Shown here piece after piece: positions 1 to 10,400 of a stretch of 64,000 bases of DNA. The stretch covers positions 2,531,502 through 2,595,501 of the forward strand of contig NW_003526940.1 in NCBI RefSeq assembly GCF_000181795.1, written 5' to 3'. The translations under genes and the position numbers were made by a program. The stretch is from Trichinella spiralis (taxonomy: Eukaryota). Every line of letters begins with the position of its first letter. Within the stretch, counting starts at the first letter, position 1. The notes under the pieces were generated by a model. The model was not told the DNA's origin, searched no databases, and saw only the letters and a program-made list of their open reading frames with translations.

Positions 1-539
1 CATTATTAATGTTACGTCACCATTACTAAAGATACGTAATCCTAAATGGAATATTTGAACCAATGAAATGAAGAATATTACAGCTAATCACAACTGAAGA
101 GTTTGAATCAATGAGCAATTAGATAAGGAAAACTAATAAGACGACGAATTGAAGGTCCAATGAAATAACGAGTTCAACGACCAGTAAAATTAGACCGTGA
201 AAATTTGTCCCGCAATCGACCATCCCTCAAATTATACAGATTTCATGGTAGTACCTATATTAGTATTAAAAACACACATGCATGAATTGCTGTATTTGAG
301 GTATGGCCGCGTTCGATCAATCTCACATCACGAAAACAATCAGAATTAAAAAAGTGATTTTTATTATTTCCAATATGCTGATACAATGCCTCAAAAACTA
401 ATGAAACGGAAAGCAACGCAGTGCTTGTAATGGCAAAAAACAGCTTTTATGAATTCAGTTGCTCTTCTTTAAACACTATAAAATGCTGCAACGTAATGCG
501 TTCAGAATGTCTTGCCAGTTCATCACTGGTTTGTGCGCC

Positions 540-1596
540 ACCTTTTAAAAGAAATTAGCCACACGACTGCGCCAGTAATCAAAGTGAAATTTGTAGTCAG
601 CGACGGGAATGTGGACGCCCATTTTTGCTTCCCCGTTGACGGACATCGTGAGGGATGTGCCTCCGCGTACAACCATGTCATATAATGGTGATGAATAATC
701 GCACACAGCGGTAAGAATACGTCACTGTTACCTTCGAGGTTCCGTATCGAATTTGTACGGTGCTATTTTGACCAACATGCATTCCCATTGTTTCTGCATA
801 AGGTTTAGTTGCCAGTAATCAAAGCGAGAGTTGCAATCGCTGACAAAGATGTAGACGGTGACTTTGGGTTCCCCGTCGACGGACATCAGGAGGAAGGAGC
901 CTCCGCGTACAACCATGTCACATGATAGCCATTCATCAACACACCCAGCGGTAAGAATGCGGCACTGCTACCTTCGAGGATCCGTATCGAATTTGTACGG
1001 CGCTATTTTGACCAACATGCGTTCCCATTGTTTCTGCATAAGGTTTAGTTGCCAGTAATCAAAGTGAGAGTTGCAATCGCTGACAAGGTTGTAGACGGTC
1101 ACTTTGGGTTCCCCGTCGACGACATCAGGAGGAAGGAGCCTCCGCGTACAACCATGTCACATGACGGTCATGAATCTTCGCACTCAGCGGTAAGAATGCG
1201 CTACTGTTACCTTCGAGGTTCCGTATAGAATTTGTGCGATGCTATTTTGACCAGCATGCATTCCCATTGTTTCCGTATAACCATACACGATCAGTATGTA
1301 AGGCAAGATAACTCTTTTCAGAATTTCAGTGACTTTCTTGCCAGCGAGTAATCTGAGTTCATCAAAGGAAAATGTTTACATACCATTTCATTCAAGTCGT
1401 TCAAGATTCACTCATTGGCTCTACTATCAGCATTTCGACGACCAGAAGCTGTAATCTTCAGTTTTTTCAATCCATGCAGAGTTGTACATTGAGGAATTAC
1501 ATTAATCAATAAATTTTCTTTCTTCTTTGGCATACTAACTGTCCGCCTTCCGTAAACGGCTGAATTTTCTCGAAGAAAAGTCGATAAAATTTTCAT
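540..1596 (-). pseudogene. Decayed ORF of unknown function with 80-aa tandem repeats (left arm)
   Basis: ORFs 1408..1596 and 728..916 are in one frame once the 1-bp deletion at ~1121 is allowed. Repeat unit reads QCRILTAGCVDEWLSCDMVVRGGSFLLMSVDGEPKVTVYIFVSDCNSRFDYWQLNLMQKQWECMLVKIAPYKFDTEPRR*. Several in-frame stops. Confidence 0.5.
571..1280. repeat. Tandem 240-bp repeat, ~3 diverged copies (left arm)
   Basis: gccagtaatcaaag recurs at 571, 811 and 1051 (period exactly 240). Copies 1 and 2 align without indels; copy 3 has a 1-bp deletion near 1121. Confidence 0.95.
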
Positions 1597-2837
1597 TGGG
1601 AAACATCTTCCTCAACATTCTTAATTGAACCTGACAGGCGTAGGAGCAAAGCCAGCTCTGGGGACGAATCAGAATCAGCAAGGGAAAGTTGTTGTTTTCT
1701 ATGATATTCAGCAGAGCAGACCGGGTTCAGTGTATCAAAAACAGTGCACTACATCTTGACCAACCGCCGTTACTTCACAGCAATGTAGAAAATATCGGAA
1801 ACTTTATGAAAGTTGCGTTCATTACAAACTGATCGTCGATAGAAAACGTCGAAAATACGAAGGATGGATTTCGACGGCAGCGGCTACACAACGCAGCCAA
1901 CGCCCTGAGCGCAACGTAACCAAACTGGAAACTGGCTTATTTTCGAGCTGCTTTTATATCACGCTCGCCGATTGTTTGCCTGCCTTATCTCTATAATCTT
2001 TGCTTCGCAACGATTCGCGTGATCTCTTTTCGCTCACGTACGACGTGTTAAAATTTCGCAACTTACGCAGCTTTTTCAACGCGGCTCAGGCACGACATGA
2101 TTGGCGGATACGTTCCGCTCGCTATGTAACGAGCGACTTTACTGCCACCTGCCGCCGTTAATCTGACTTAACTGGTGGTGTAATATAAAAATTACAAGTA
2201 AAATGTTTAATAGTACATTTCAACGCCAGTTGAAAAAAATATTTTTGTTCAATATTATACATTAAATAATGTAATGCATTCAATTAATTTTATTAGTATA
2301 TTGAATTTCATTTATTAAAGTGTTATCAAAAATAATCAGCTCCATATATATTTTGCGATGGGGCAATTTGATTCAATATTTTGCGCAAAACAAGATCATT
2401 TATTTCTGTGAGTTAAGTTGCAAACATAATTTCATTACATCAAGATAAAGTATTGCAATGTACAAAATTCATGAGAAAGTGACACGTGCATGAGCTAATA
2501 AGTAAAATCGATTGGGTCGACTTCTTAATGACATTTTACGAAAGTGTATACATTCGACTGTTATCAAGTCTGATACATACTTGCGCCGAATACACTCGCC
2601 TTATCAGATAAGGGCAACTGACCTTCAGCTCAGCTGTGAGTCGGTTTGAACTGAACAATGAATAACCTACAGTCCAGTTCTTGATGGCTTATTTTTTGTC
2701 TACAACAAGCATAGTATAAACTATACATTTATTGTAGCAAAATAAAATAAAATAATAATATAAAAATAAAATAAAGTTAAAATTATGAATTATTTGAAGA
2801 TTATCAAATTATTATTCTTCATCTTCGGTGAAGCAAA

Positions 2838-3344
2838 TCAACGAACCACAGCTCTACTTCTCAACGAATACCGCTTCTGTTTTGGAATTGATTTTAATGA
2901 AGAACGCTTTCGAGGAGATTTACTAGCCTTGATCAAAACTGCTTTTTGATTGGATTTTTTCACGCTTCTTTTCTTATTACGACGAGATTTTCCTCCACTT
3001 TTAGATCTTTGTCTCACTGAGACTTTACGGGCCGCTTTCTTGCCAAGGCTCTTCTTCCTTGTAATACTCTTTGATCTCGAACGTGACCGCAACGACTGCG
3101 AACACGTTGGGCAAATTATTTCTGAGGGAGCTTCACCTCCATCTAATAGTACAGCTGATGGTCTTTTCTGCAATTTTAATCTTGATGATGGAACCACAAT
3201 TTGATGAGTAGAACGCTTTGGGGTTTGACTTCTTGATATTGAACGTCTTCGAGGACGGGTATAACTACCCCTGCGACTACTCATACTACTTCGGGTGCTA
3301 CTACGACTGCGACTTCGACTATAACTACGAGCAGAGCGCGCCAT
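2838..3344 (-). CDS. Intronless Arg/Ser/Lys-rich basic protein (168 aa from ATG 3344), protamine-like / sperm nuclear basic protein-like, with a central CPTC motif
   Basis: MARSARSYSRSRSRSSTRSS...CPTC...KKRSVKKS...YSLRSRAVVR. TATA and TCAGT lie upstream. The paralog at 3722-4017 differs by many synonymous changes, which supports real coding function. Confidence 0.75.
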   Translation of the reverse strand: MARSARSYSRSRSRSSTRSSMSSRRGSYTRPRRRSISRSQTPKRSTHQIVVPSSRLKLQKRPSAVLLDGGEAPSEIICPTCSQSLRSRSRSKSITRKKSLGKKAARKVSVRQRSKSGGKSRRNKKRSVKKSNQKAVLIKASKSPRKRSSLKSIPKQKRYSLRSRAVVR

Positions 3345-3377
3345 TGTCGAACAGGGTATGGACCACACAAGCGACAA

Positions 3378-3410
3378 GACTGAAAAACTTTTGTTTGAAC
3401 ATCACTTATA
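3378..3410 (-). promoter_or_regulatory. TATA box (TATAAG) and TCAGT initiator, or TTTTCAG trans-splice acceptor, for the basic-protein gene
   Basis: Minus strand: caTATAAGtgatgttcaaacaaaagtttttTCAGTc, ~29 bp spacing, ~35 bp before the ATG. Confidence 0.5.
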
Positions 3411-3721
3411 TGGGCTATATTGCACTTTCAACAATATCACTTTAAATTAAAATTGTTTAAACTTATCTTTAAAGTAGGTTATGAATAAAATGATCATCAG
3501 TATCACTCCAGTTTGATACACAAAACTGGGAAAAAATCTAGAAAAATCTGGAAATCATAGAATATGCGATTTGCTCAAATTATTCTGCTTTGATTAGTTG
3601 AAATATTTTTAATTTCATTAATACAAATGTTTAAATACGCAACAATTGATTACGTAACATTAATGTATTTGATGTTTGGTTTTTCAAATGCCGTTGTTTT
3701 TACATTCGTGTAAGAAGTACT

Positions 3722-4017
3722 GAAGCGCCCTCAGAAATGATTTGCCCAACGTGTTTGCGGCCGTTGCGGTCACGTTGGAGATCAAAGAGTATTACAAGGA
3801 AGAAGACCCCTGGCAAGGAAGCAGCCCGTAAAGTCGCACAGCGACCAAGATCTAAAAGTGGACGAAAATATGTTCGTAATAAAAAGAGAAGCTTCAAAAA
3901 TCCACTAAAAAAGCAGTTTTGATTAAGTCAACTAAATTTCGAAGAAAACGTTCTTCATTGAAATCTACCCCAAATAAGAAGCGTTATTCATTGAGAAGCA
4001 AAGTTATGCTTCATTGA
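3722..4017 (+). pseudogene. 5'-truncated, frameshifted inverted paralog of the basic-protein gene
   Basis: EAPSEMICPTCLRPLRSRWRSKSITRKK... has a 1-bp deletion at ~3900. The restored frame gives KKAVLIKSTKFRRKRSSLKSTPNKKRYSLRSKVMLH*, collinear with the intact copy. The 3' UTR is also homologous. Confidence 0.85.
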
Positions 4018-4559
4018 ATCGCTTCAACGAAGATGGAGAAATATAATTTGATGCTTACAAAATAATACATTTTATTAACATTATTTTTATTATTTATATT
4101 TAAGCTTGCGAATTGTCATTACACTGAATTTTCTATAATGCAACATTTTATCTTGATATAATAAAAATATGTTTGCAACTTAACTCACAGAAATAAATGA
4201 TCTTGTTTTGCGCAAAATATTGAATCAAATTGCCCCATCGCAAAATATATATGGAGCTGATTATTTTTGATAACACTTTAATAAATGAAATTCAATATAC
4301 TAATAAAATTAATTGAATGCATTACATTATTTAATGTATAATATTGAACAAAAATATTTTTTTCAACTGGCGTTGAAATGTACTATTAAACATTTTACTT
4401 GTAATTTTTATATTACACCACCAGTTAAGTCAGATTAACGGCGGCAGGTGGCAGTAAAGTCGCTCGTTACATAGCGAGCGGAACGTATCCGCCAATCATG
4501 TCGTGCCTGAGCCGCGTTGAAAAAGCTGCGTAAGTTGCGAAATTTTAACACGTCGTACG

Positions 4560-4675
4560 TGAGCGAAAAGAGATCACGCGAATCGTTGCGAAGCAAAGAT
4601 TATAGAGATAAGGCAGGCAAACAATCGGCGAGCGTGATATAAAAGCAGCTCGAAAATAAGCCAGTTTCCAGTTTG
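4560..4675 (+). promoter_or_regulatory. Putative core promoter (GATA site, TATAAAAG at 4638, CCAGTT initiator-like motifs at 4661/4668) in a CpG-rich patch; mirror copy at ~1920-2035 (-)
   Basis: agataagg...gtgaTATAAAAGcagc...CCAGTTtCCAGTTtgg, with 25-32 bp between TATA and Inr, upstream of the repeat ORF. Confidence 0.45.
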
Positions 4676-4999
4676 GTTACGTTGCGCTCAGGGCGTTGGC
4701 TGCGTTGTGTAGCCGCTGCCGTCGAAATCCATCCTTCGTATTTTCGACGTTTTCTATCGACGATCAGTTTGTAATGAACGCAACTTTCATAACGTTTCCG
4801 ATATTTTCTACATTGCTGTGAAGTAACGGCGGTTGGTCAAGATGTAGTGCACTGTTTTTGATACACTGAACCCGGTCTGCTCTGCTGAATATCATAGAAA
4901 ACAACAACTTTCCCTTGCTGATTCTGATTCGTCCCCAGAGCTGGCTTTGCTCCTACGCCTGTCAGGTTCAATTAAGAATGTTGAGGAAGATGTTTCCCA

Positions 5000-6149
5000 A
5001 TGAAAATTTTATCGACTTTTCTTCGAGAAAATTCAGCCGTTTACGGAAGGCGGACAGTTAGTATGCCAAAGAAGAAAGAAAATTTATTGATTAATGTAAT
5101 TCCTCAATGTACAACTCTGCATGGATTGAAAAAACTGAAGATTACAGCTTCTGGTCGTCGAAATGCTGATAGTAGAGCCAATGTGTGAATCTTGAACGAC
5201 TTGAATGAAATGGTATGTAAACATTTTCCTTTGATGAACTCAGATTACTCGCTGGCAAGAAAGTCACTGAAATTCTGAAAAGAGTTATCTTGCCTTACAT
5301 ACTGATCGTGTATGGTTATACGGAAACAATGGGAATGCATGCTGGTCAAAATAGCATCGCACAAATTCTATACGGAACCTCGAAGGTAACAGTAGCGCAT
5401 TCTTACCGCTGTGTGCGATGATTCATGACCATCATGTGACATGGTTGTCTGCGGAGGCTCCTTCCACCTGATGTCCGTCGACAGGGAACCCAAAGTGACC
5501 GTCCACATCTCTGTCAACGATTGCAACTCTCACTTTGATTACTGGCAACTAAACTTTGTGCAGAAACAATGGGAGTGCATGTTGGTCAAAATTGCATCGC
5601 ACAAATTCTATACGGAACCTNCGAAAGGGTAANCAATGCCGCATTCTTACCGCTGTGGTGTGATGGATTCATGGACCATCATGTAGATATGGTTGTACGC
5701 GACGGCTCCATTCCATCCTGATGTCCGTCGACGGGGAACCCNAAAGTGACTGTCCACATCCCTGTCAACGATTGCAACTCTCACNTTTGATTACTGGCAA
5801 CTAAACCCTANTGCAGAAACNAATGNGGAGTGCATGTTNGGTCAAAAATTGCATCTCACAAATTCTATACGGAACCCTCGAAGGTANACAGTAGCGCATT
5901 CTTTACCGCTGGCTGTGTTGATGAATGACCTATCNATGTGACATGGTTGTACGCGGAGGCACATCCCTCCTGATGTCCGTCAATGGGGATGCAAAAGTGG
6001 GCGTCCACATCCCTATCGACGACTACAAATTTTACTTTGATTACTGGTGCAGTCGTGTGGCTAAGTTTACTTTTAAAAGGTGGTCGCACAAATCCAGTGA
6101 TGAACTGGCCAAGCACGTTCATGAACGCTTTCACGTTGTAACATCATAG
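5000..6149 (+). pseudogene. Decayed ORF of unknown function with 80-aa tandem repeats (right arm)
   Basis: ORFs 5000..5188 and 5441..5632 share a frame (offset 441) and are joined by protein-like sequence with TGA/TAA/TAG stops. One TGA aligns to TGG in a sister repeat. Confidence 0.5.
5321..6050. repeat. Tandem 240-bp repeat, ~3 copies (right arm, inverted counterpart; low-quality sequence with Ns)
   Basis: (c/g)gaaacaatggg recurs at ~5321, 5561 and ~5812. Reverse complement of the left-arm array. Confidence 0.9.
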
Positions 6150-6924
6150 TGTTTAAAAGAAGAGCAAACCGAATTCACGAAAGCTGTTGTTTGATGCTAT
6201 TATAAATCACCTGCGTTGCCTCTTCCTATTTCCATTAGTTTTTTGTTTGAGGGTTTTTTATCAGAATATTGGAAAATAGTNAAAAATCCACTTTTCCTAA
6301 TTTCTGCTTGTTTTCCCTGATGTGAGAATTGATCGAATGCGGCCATATGTCAAATACAGCAATTCATGCATTTTCGTTTCTTATAAGAATCCTCAACTTC
6401 ATCACTGATGGTGGATGATAATGTTTTATCATATTAATTCCCCTGTAACAGTGGTGTGCGTTAAGTGTTCTTTGGTATTCTTTAGAGTTTCTTCAGCGCA
6501 CGCTTTGTGTAGATCTGTGGAACAATTAGTTTGGTCATATACCACAATGATGCACCATAATTCATTGTTATTATTTCCTCTTCCTATCATTACTGAATGA
6601 GATCATTTTATGCATGTTGCAATGATGTTTAAACTGAGGAGCAAACTTTTACTGCGCTTTCTTTCTAGTCGTTGGTAGCGCTTCTCATTTCTACCATTGC
6701 ACCGTTGTCTTATTGGTTTTTATTGTTGAATTTTTCATTGATTTATACTTCTCAGTTTTGATTAGCTGTAATATTTTTTCTTTTAATTCATTCAAATATT
6801 TTAAGTTGACGAAACTTTAATAGGTGACATATAATATTAACAGTAAAAAATTTTTATTACTCAAAAATTACATTGTTTCTTTTATCAAAATTTATATTTT
6901 GTCATTCATTGAAATTTTGCCTTG

Positions 6925-7474
6925 TAACTAGCCGCTCTCCCGGGCGGGCTCATTCGTCGCCTCTGTTGGAAATCGTCTTCAGCCCGCATGACTTTACTGA
7001 CCAGTCTCCGAGCTTCAGTAAGGGTCGCCTGTTCCTGCAGCCGGATTGCCAAATACGCCTCTTTTGAGGTTATTCCCCCGGCGAAACGCGCACGAGATCA
7101 CGTTCTGTTACGCCGGCTCTGCGTTCAACTTCCGCCATCTCCTGGGCGTATTGTTCGATGGTTTTGCCCTCGCGTTGGTGCATGGCGTGGAACCGTTCGA
7201 TCAGCCGCCCTGTCGACTCTTCCGGGCCGTACGCGTCCAGCAATCTCTTCTTGAACTCTTCGAAGGAATCCCCTCTTGTTTGTCCTGCCGGGTAGAGCTC
7301 GCGGTGAACTGAGTCGCTAAGAAGATAGCGAGCGGCCATGCCGTGGTCAGAAGGCGGAACCCTGCTGAGGCAGAGGAAGTCTTCCAGCCTCTCCAGCCAT
7401 TCGACGGAATCCATCTCCGGACGAAAAGCATGGGGCGGGCGATAGTAGTCACCTCGGTACGCCGATGGCATCAT
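6925..7474 (-). pseudogene. gag: Retrotransposon Gag capsid-like ORF with a frameshift near 7090
   Basis: EWLERLEDFL...FEEFKKRLLDAYG...RFHAMHQREGKTIEQYAQEM; after the frameshift ARFAGGITSKEAYLAIRLQEQATLTEARRLV. This is a typical Gypsy Gag pattern. Confidence 0.8.
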
Positions 7475-7492
7475 TTCCCGGACAGGCCCCCA
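7475..7492 (-). promoter_or_regulatory. Primer binding site complementary to tRNA-Pro 3' end
   Basis: TGGGGGCCTGTCCGGGAA vs the MLV tRNA-Pro PBS TGGGGGCTCGTCCGGGAT. Confidence 0.75.
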
Positions 7493-10400
7493 TTGTAACG
7501 AGCCGCTCTCCCAGACGGGCTCTTTCGTCGCCTCTGTTGGAAATCTTCTTCAGCCCGCATGACTTTACGACCAATCTCCGAGCTTCGGTAAGGGTCGCCG
7601 GTTCCCGCAGCCGGATCGCCAGACCTTTCAAATATACTATTTAAGTTTATTTAAAGTTTATTATTTTCAATGATCATCATTTTCAAAAATAATTTTAATC
7701 GTTTTTGTATATTTCAGTGTACCACTGTGATGCTGTATAAAATGTGATAGCGCATATTCATCGAAAGCAACAGAAAAAGTAATATGTTACACAGTATAGA
7801 ATAGCCAGAGTAAAATGATCGCTAATAACAAGGAACACACGCAATAATACTTTTGAACACCTCCAATGTTTTTTACCGGTGTGTTTAAATACATATACAT
7901 GGGACATATTAACGCCACGATTTGGTACAAGACGTAGTTCAGATATATCAGCCAGTTAGAATCAATGCGCACTCAGACAAGGGCCACCAATAGGTCTATG
8001 ATGTGAAGGTCCAATAAGATAGCGCGTTGAACGACCAGTAAGAAAAGGCATTGAAAATTGCTCTGAAGTAGACCATCCTCAGTTCCTTTGTTTCTAAAAA
8101 TCAACCGTTTTAATTATGAAAATTTTGAATGAGAACAACTGTTCCACTGAACGTTAAACATAAAAATTTTCTTTTGCACATCAGCTGAATTTTCATTCAC
8201 AGATATTAATTTTGATTGATGCATTGTCTCTCTGATGAAGTTACATTACATATACAAAAATATTTATCGTAAAGCAACAGCCAGAAAAAATATGCTCTTT
8301 TAAGTTTTTGTTTTAAAAACGCCTTTCTATAAACGTATAGGCCATTTCATGTTCTACAAATCAAAGGTCATCATTGGCAGGTATTTCCTGGATTTGCTAT
8401 TCATTTTTTTAGCTTCTTACAAATACTTATGCGAACATTTTTTCATGTCTTTGCGGTTTGTTTACCAATGGCAAAATGTACATTGCTTATACCTTCATTA
8501 CCATTGTACATGTAAACTGATTCGAGTTTTACGTTTATTTTTAAATGTTAAAAGATGCATTTTTAATGCATAATTCAAAAATCTTCATTAAAATTTACAA
8601 ATTTAACGCCAAAAAAACTTCTTGCAACACCAGTTACAAGGGTTAAATTTTTGCTTTCGCAGATAAAGTGGACTGTATTTAATTTTGAGTGGGAAATTCG
8701 AATCTTCCTGACTTGCCCTGATCTTATAGCGTGTGTACGTCCTGTCCGTCACAGCCAGAAAGAAATATTTAGGATATAAAGCACAAACCAATGAAAATTA
8801 CGAAAACACATCATATTGATGCCAGGAGCTGATATGACGTATGCTTTAATGATGTGCGTTTGACGTTGGTCGACAGTCAATATACTAGCGACTTAATAGA
8901 GGCAGCAGTTATTTATGTAAAACGCAAATTTATGAATTAAACTACTTTGGATGTACCTTGGTTAGGGAGGAAATTTTTCCCGAGTTCATTATTCCCTTAT
9001 TGGTCAAAGATTTTAATTACTTTAATTTGTTCATCGGTTCAAAGTGGTTTTACTGTGATCTGATCTTACGTCGTTTTTTGGTACTCAAGAGTCAGGATTC
9101 CATTAACTCATAATTTCTATTATTTTTTTAGCTACTATAAGTTAATTGTGAATGGTTGCAATATTTCACGTTTCACTGATCAAAATATTTGCACTGCAAT
9201 TTTCACAAAATATGATATATCGTGGGATAAAGTGAAGGAACTGCTTTAGTTTGGATTTCAAAATTAAAACTGAAAAGTAACTGATGAAAAGCAGCTTTAG
9301 GTTTATAGTAGCTAAAGACCAATGGTTGTTGACATTTGAAGCGTCATATCCAGAAATAGTTACAATTAAAACGCAAAACTTGACTCCAATTTTCAAACAA
9401 CGCTTTCCCGAAATAAAATTGAAACGTAAAATTAGATTGCTATTTTATTCCAAAGTAAACATTGTGTAAAATTGTAATGCTTCTTTCGTTCTTTCGTATC
9501 ACGAAATAGTCTAGGGAGAAAATCTTCTGATATTTCAAACGACTCTTCTATGATCTCATTTGAGATAAATCTACAAATATATTCAGTATAAATTCAAATA
9601 ACTTTGATGAAATAGGATGATTCGAACAAATTTTTGTTTGCGTTCTTTCATTGGCGCAATACTTTTTTACTGGTTTTATTTGTCGATTGGTTTTAGATGT
9701 TCTTTTGATAATTTACTCACATGCAAATACTTCTTCTTGGATTTTCATCATTTATAATACCGAATTATGAATATTTACAGTAGTTAATATTATATTGGTC
9801 AAAATGTTTTATTTTAAATTTGCTTAGCTTTAAAAATAATTTTTTCCTTTGAAACTTATATTTAAATCACTAATGCTTTATTTCGTGAAATTTAATCATT
9901 TACGGAATTGTTTCAAGAAATTCTGAGCTGTATACAATTTAAAAATGACTGCGTGTGTATTTTTAAAAGCACCTTTAGCCGGATTGTATCAAAACAAATT
10001 TTGCTCAAACAACAAAAGTTTATTTAAAAATATGATAAATTGACCATTCAAAAATGTTCATCTCGATTTCAAATCGAATTTGTCAGAATGAATTTTAGCA
10101 ATGAGAATCACTTTTTGTACTACAGTCTTGTTTACACATTAAATAATGTTGAAAATACTTCGAATTTTAATGTATAATCTAAAAGAGGAATTCTGTTAAA
10201 TTCAATTGAAAATACATAAGTACAAATTGTGAAGTAATTGTAAAGGATTTCAACAGCATCATAATAATACAGTAATGCAATTACCTTATTACATGCTTAT
10301 AATACTGTAGTGTATGTGGAATTGTTGGTTGTTAGAGAGGTTTTGGATATTGTTTTTCGTGTTGGTTAATTTTAGAACAGTATTTTGAATGGTATTTTTT

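Larger units (their letters stand above)
1..6850. repeat. Large inverted duplication (palindrome): left arm ~1-3140, right arm ~3720-6850, centre ~3400-3700
   Basis: Reverse complement of 1185-2428 matches 4168-5410 almost exactly (2 mismatches seen). The 62-aa ORFs 1408..1596(-) and 5000..5188(+) differ only in the last residue. Diverged similarity continues at 270-1180 vs 5410-6370, 1-160 vs 6690-6850 and 2740-3140 vs 3720-4100. Confidence 0.95.
6923..7624 (-). mobile_element. Gypsy/Ty3-derived mini LTR-retroelement: ~130-bp direct repeats (7494-7623, 6923-7052) ending GTTACA, tRNA-Pro PBS, gag only
   Basis: GC-rich island. The direct repeats are ~90% identical. PBS TGGGGGCCTGTCCGGGAA lies 1 nt after the GTTACA end, and the Gag ORF starts right after the PBS. 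Confidence 0.8.

Noticed and set aside
571..1280. CRISPR-like array
   Set aside because: Whole 240-bp units are homologous with no unique spacers; eukaryotic context and no cas genes.
5000..6149. Alternative genetic code or selenocysteine readthrough of in-frame stops
   Set aside because: All three stop types occur, neighbouring genes use the standard code, and no SECIS was recognised.
7780..8095. Possible membrane-protein exon(s) on the minus strand
   Set aside because: Stops in all frames and no recognisable family; cannot be supported.
8600..9700. Possible decayed piggyBac transposase (KIGVKFCVL..SGY; DSSMISF)
   Set aside because: Motifs are short, lie on opposite strands, and no TTAA-CCC termini were found.
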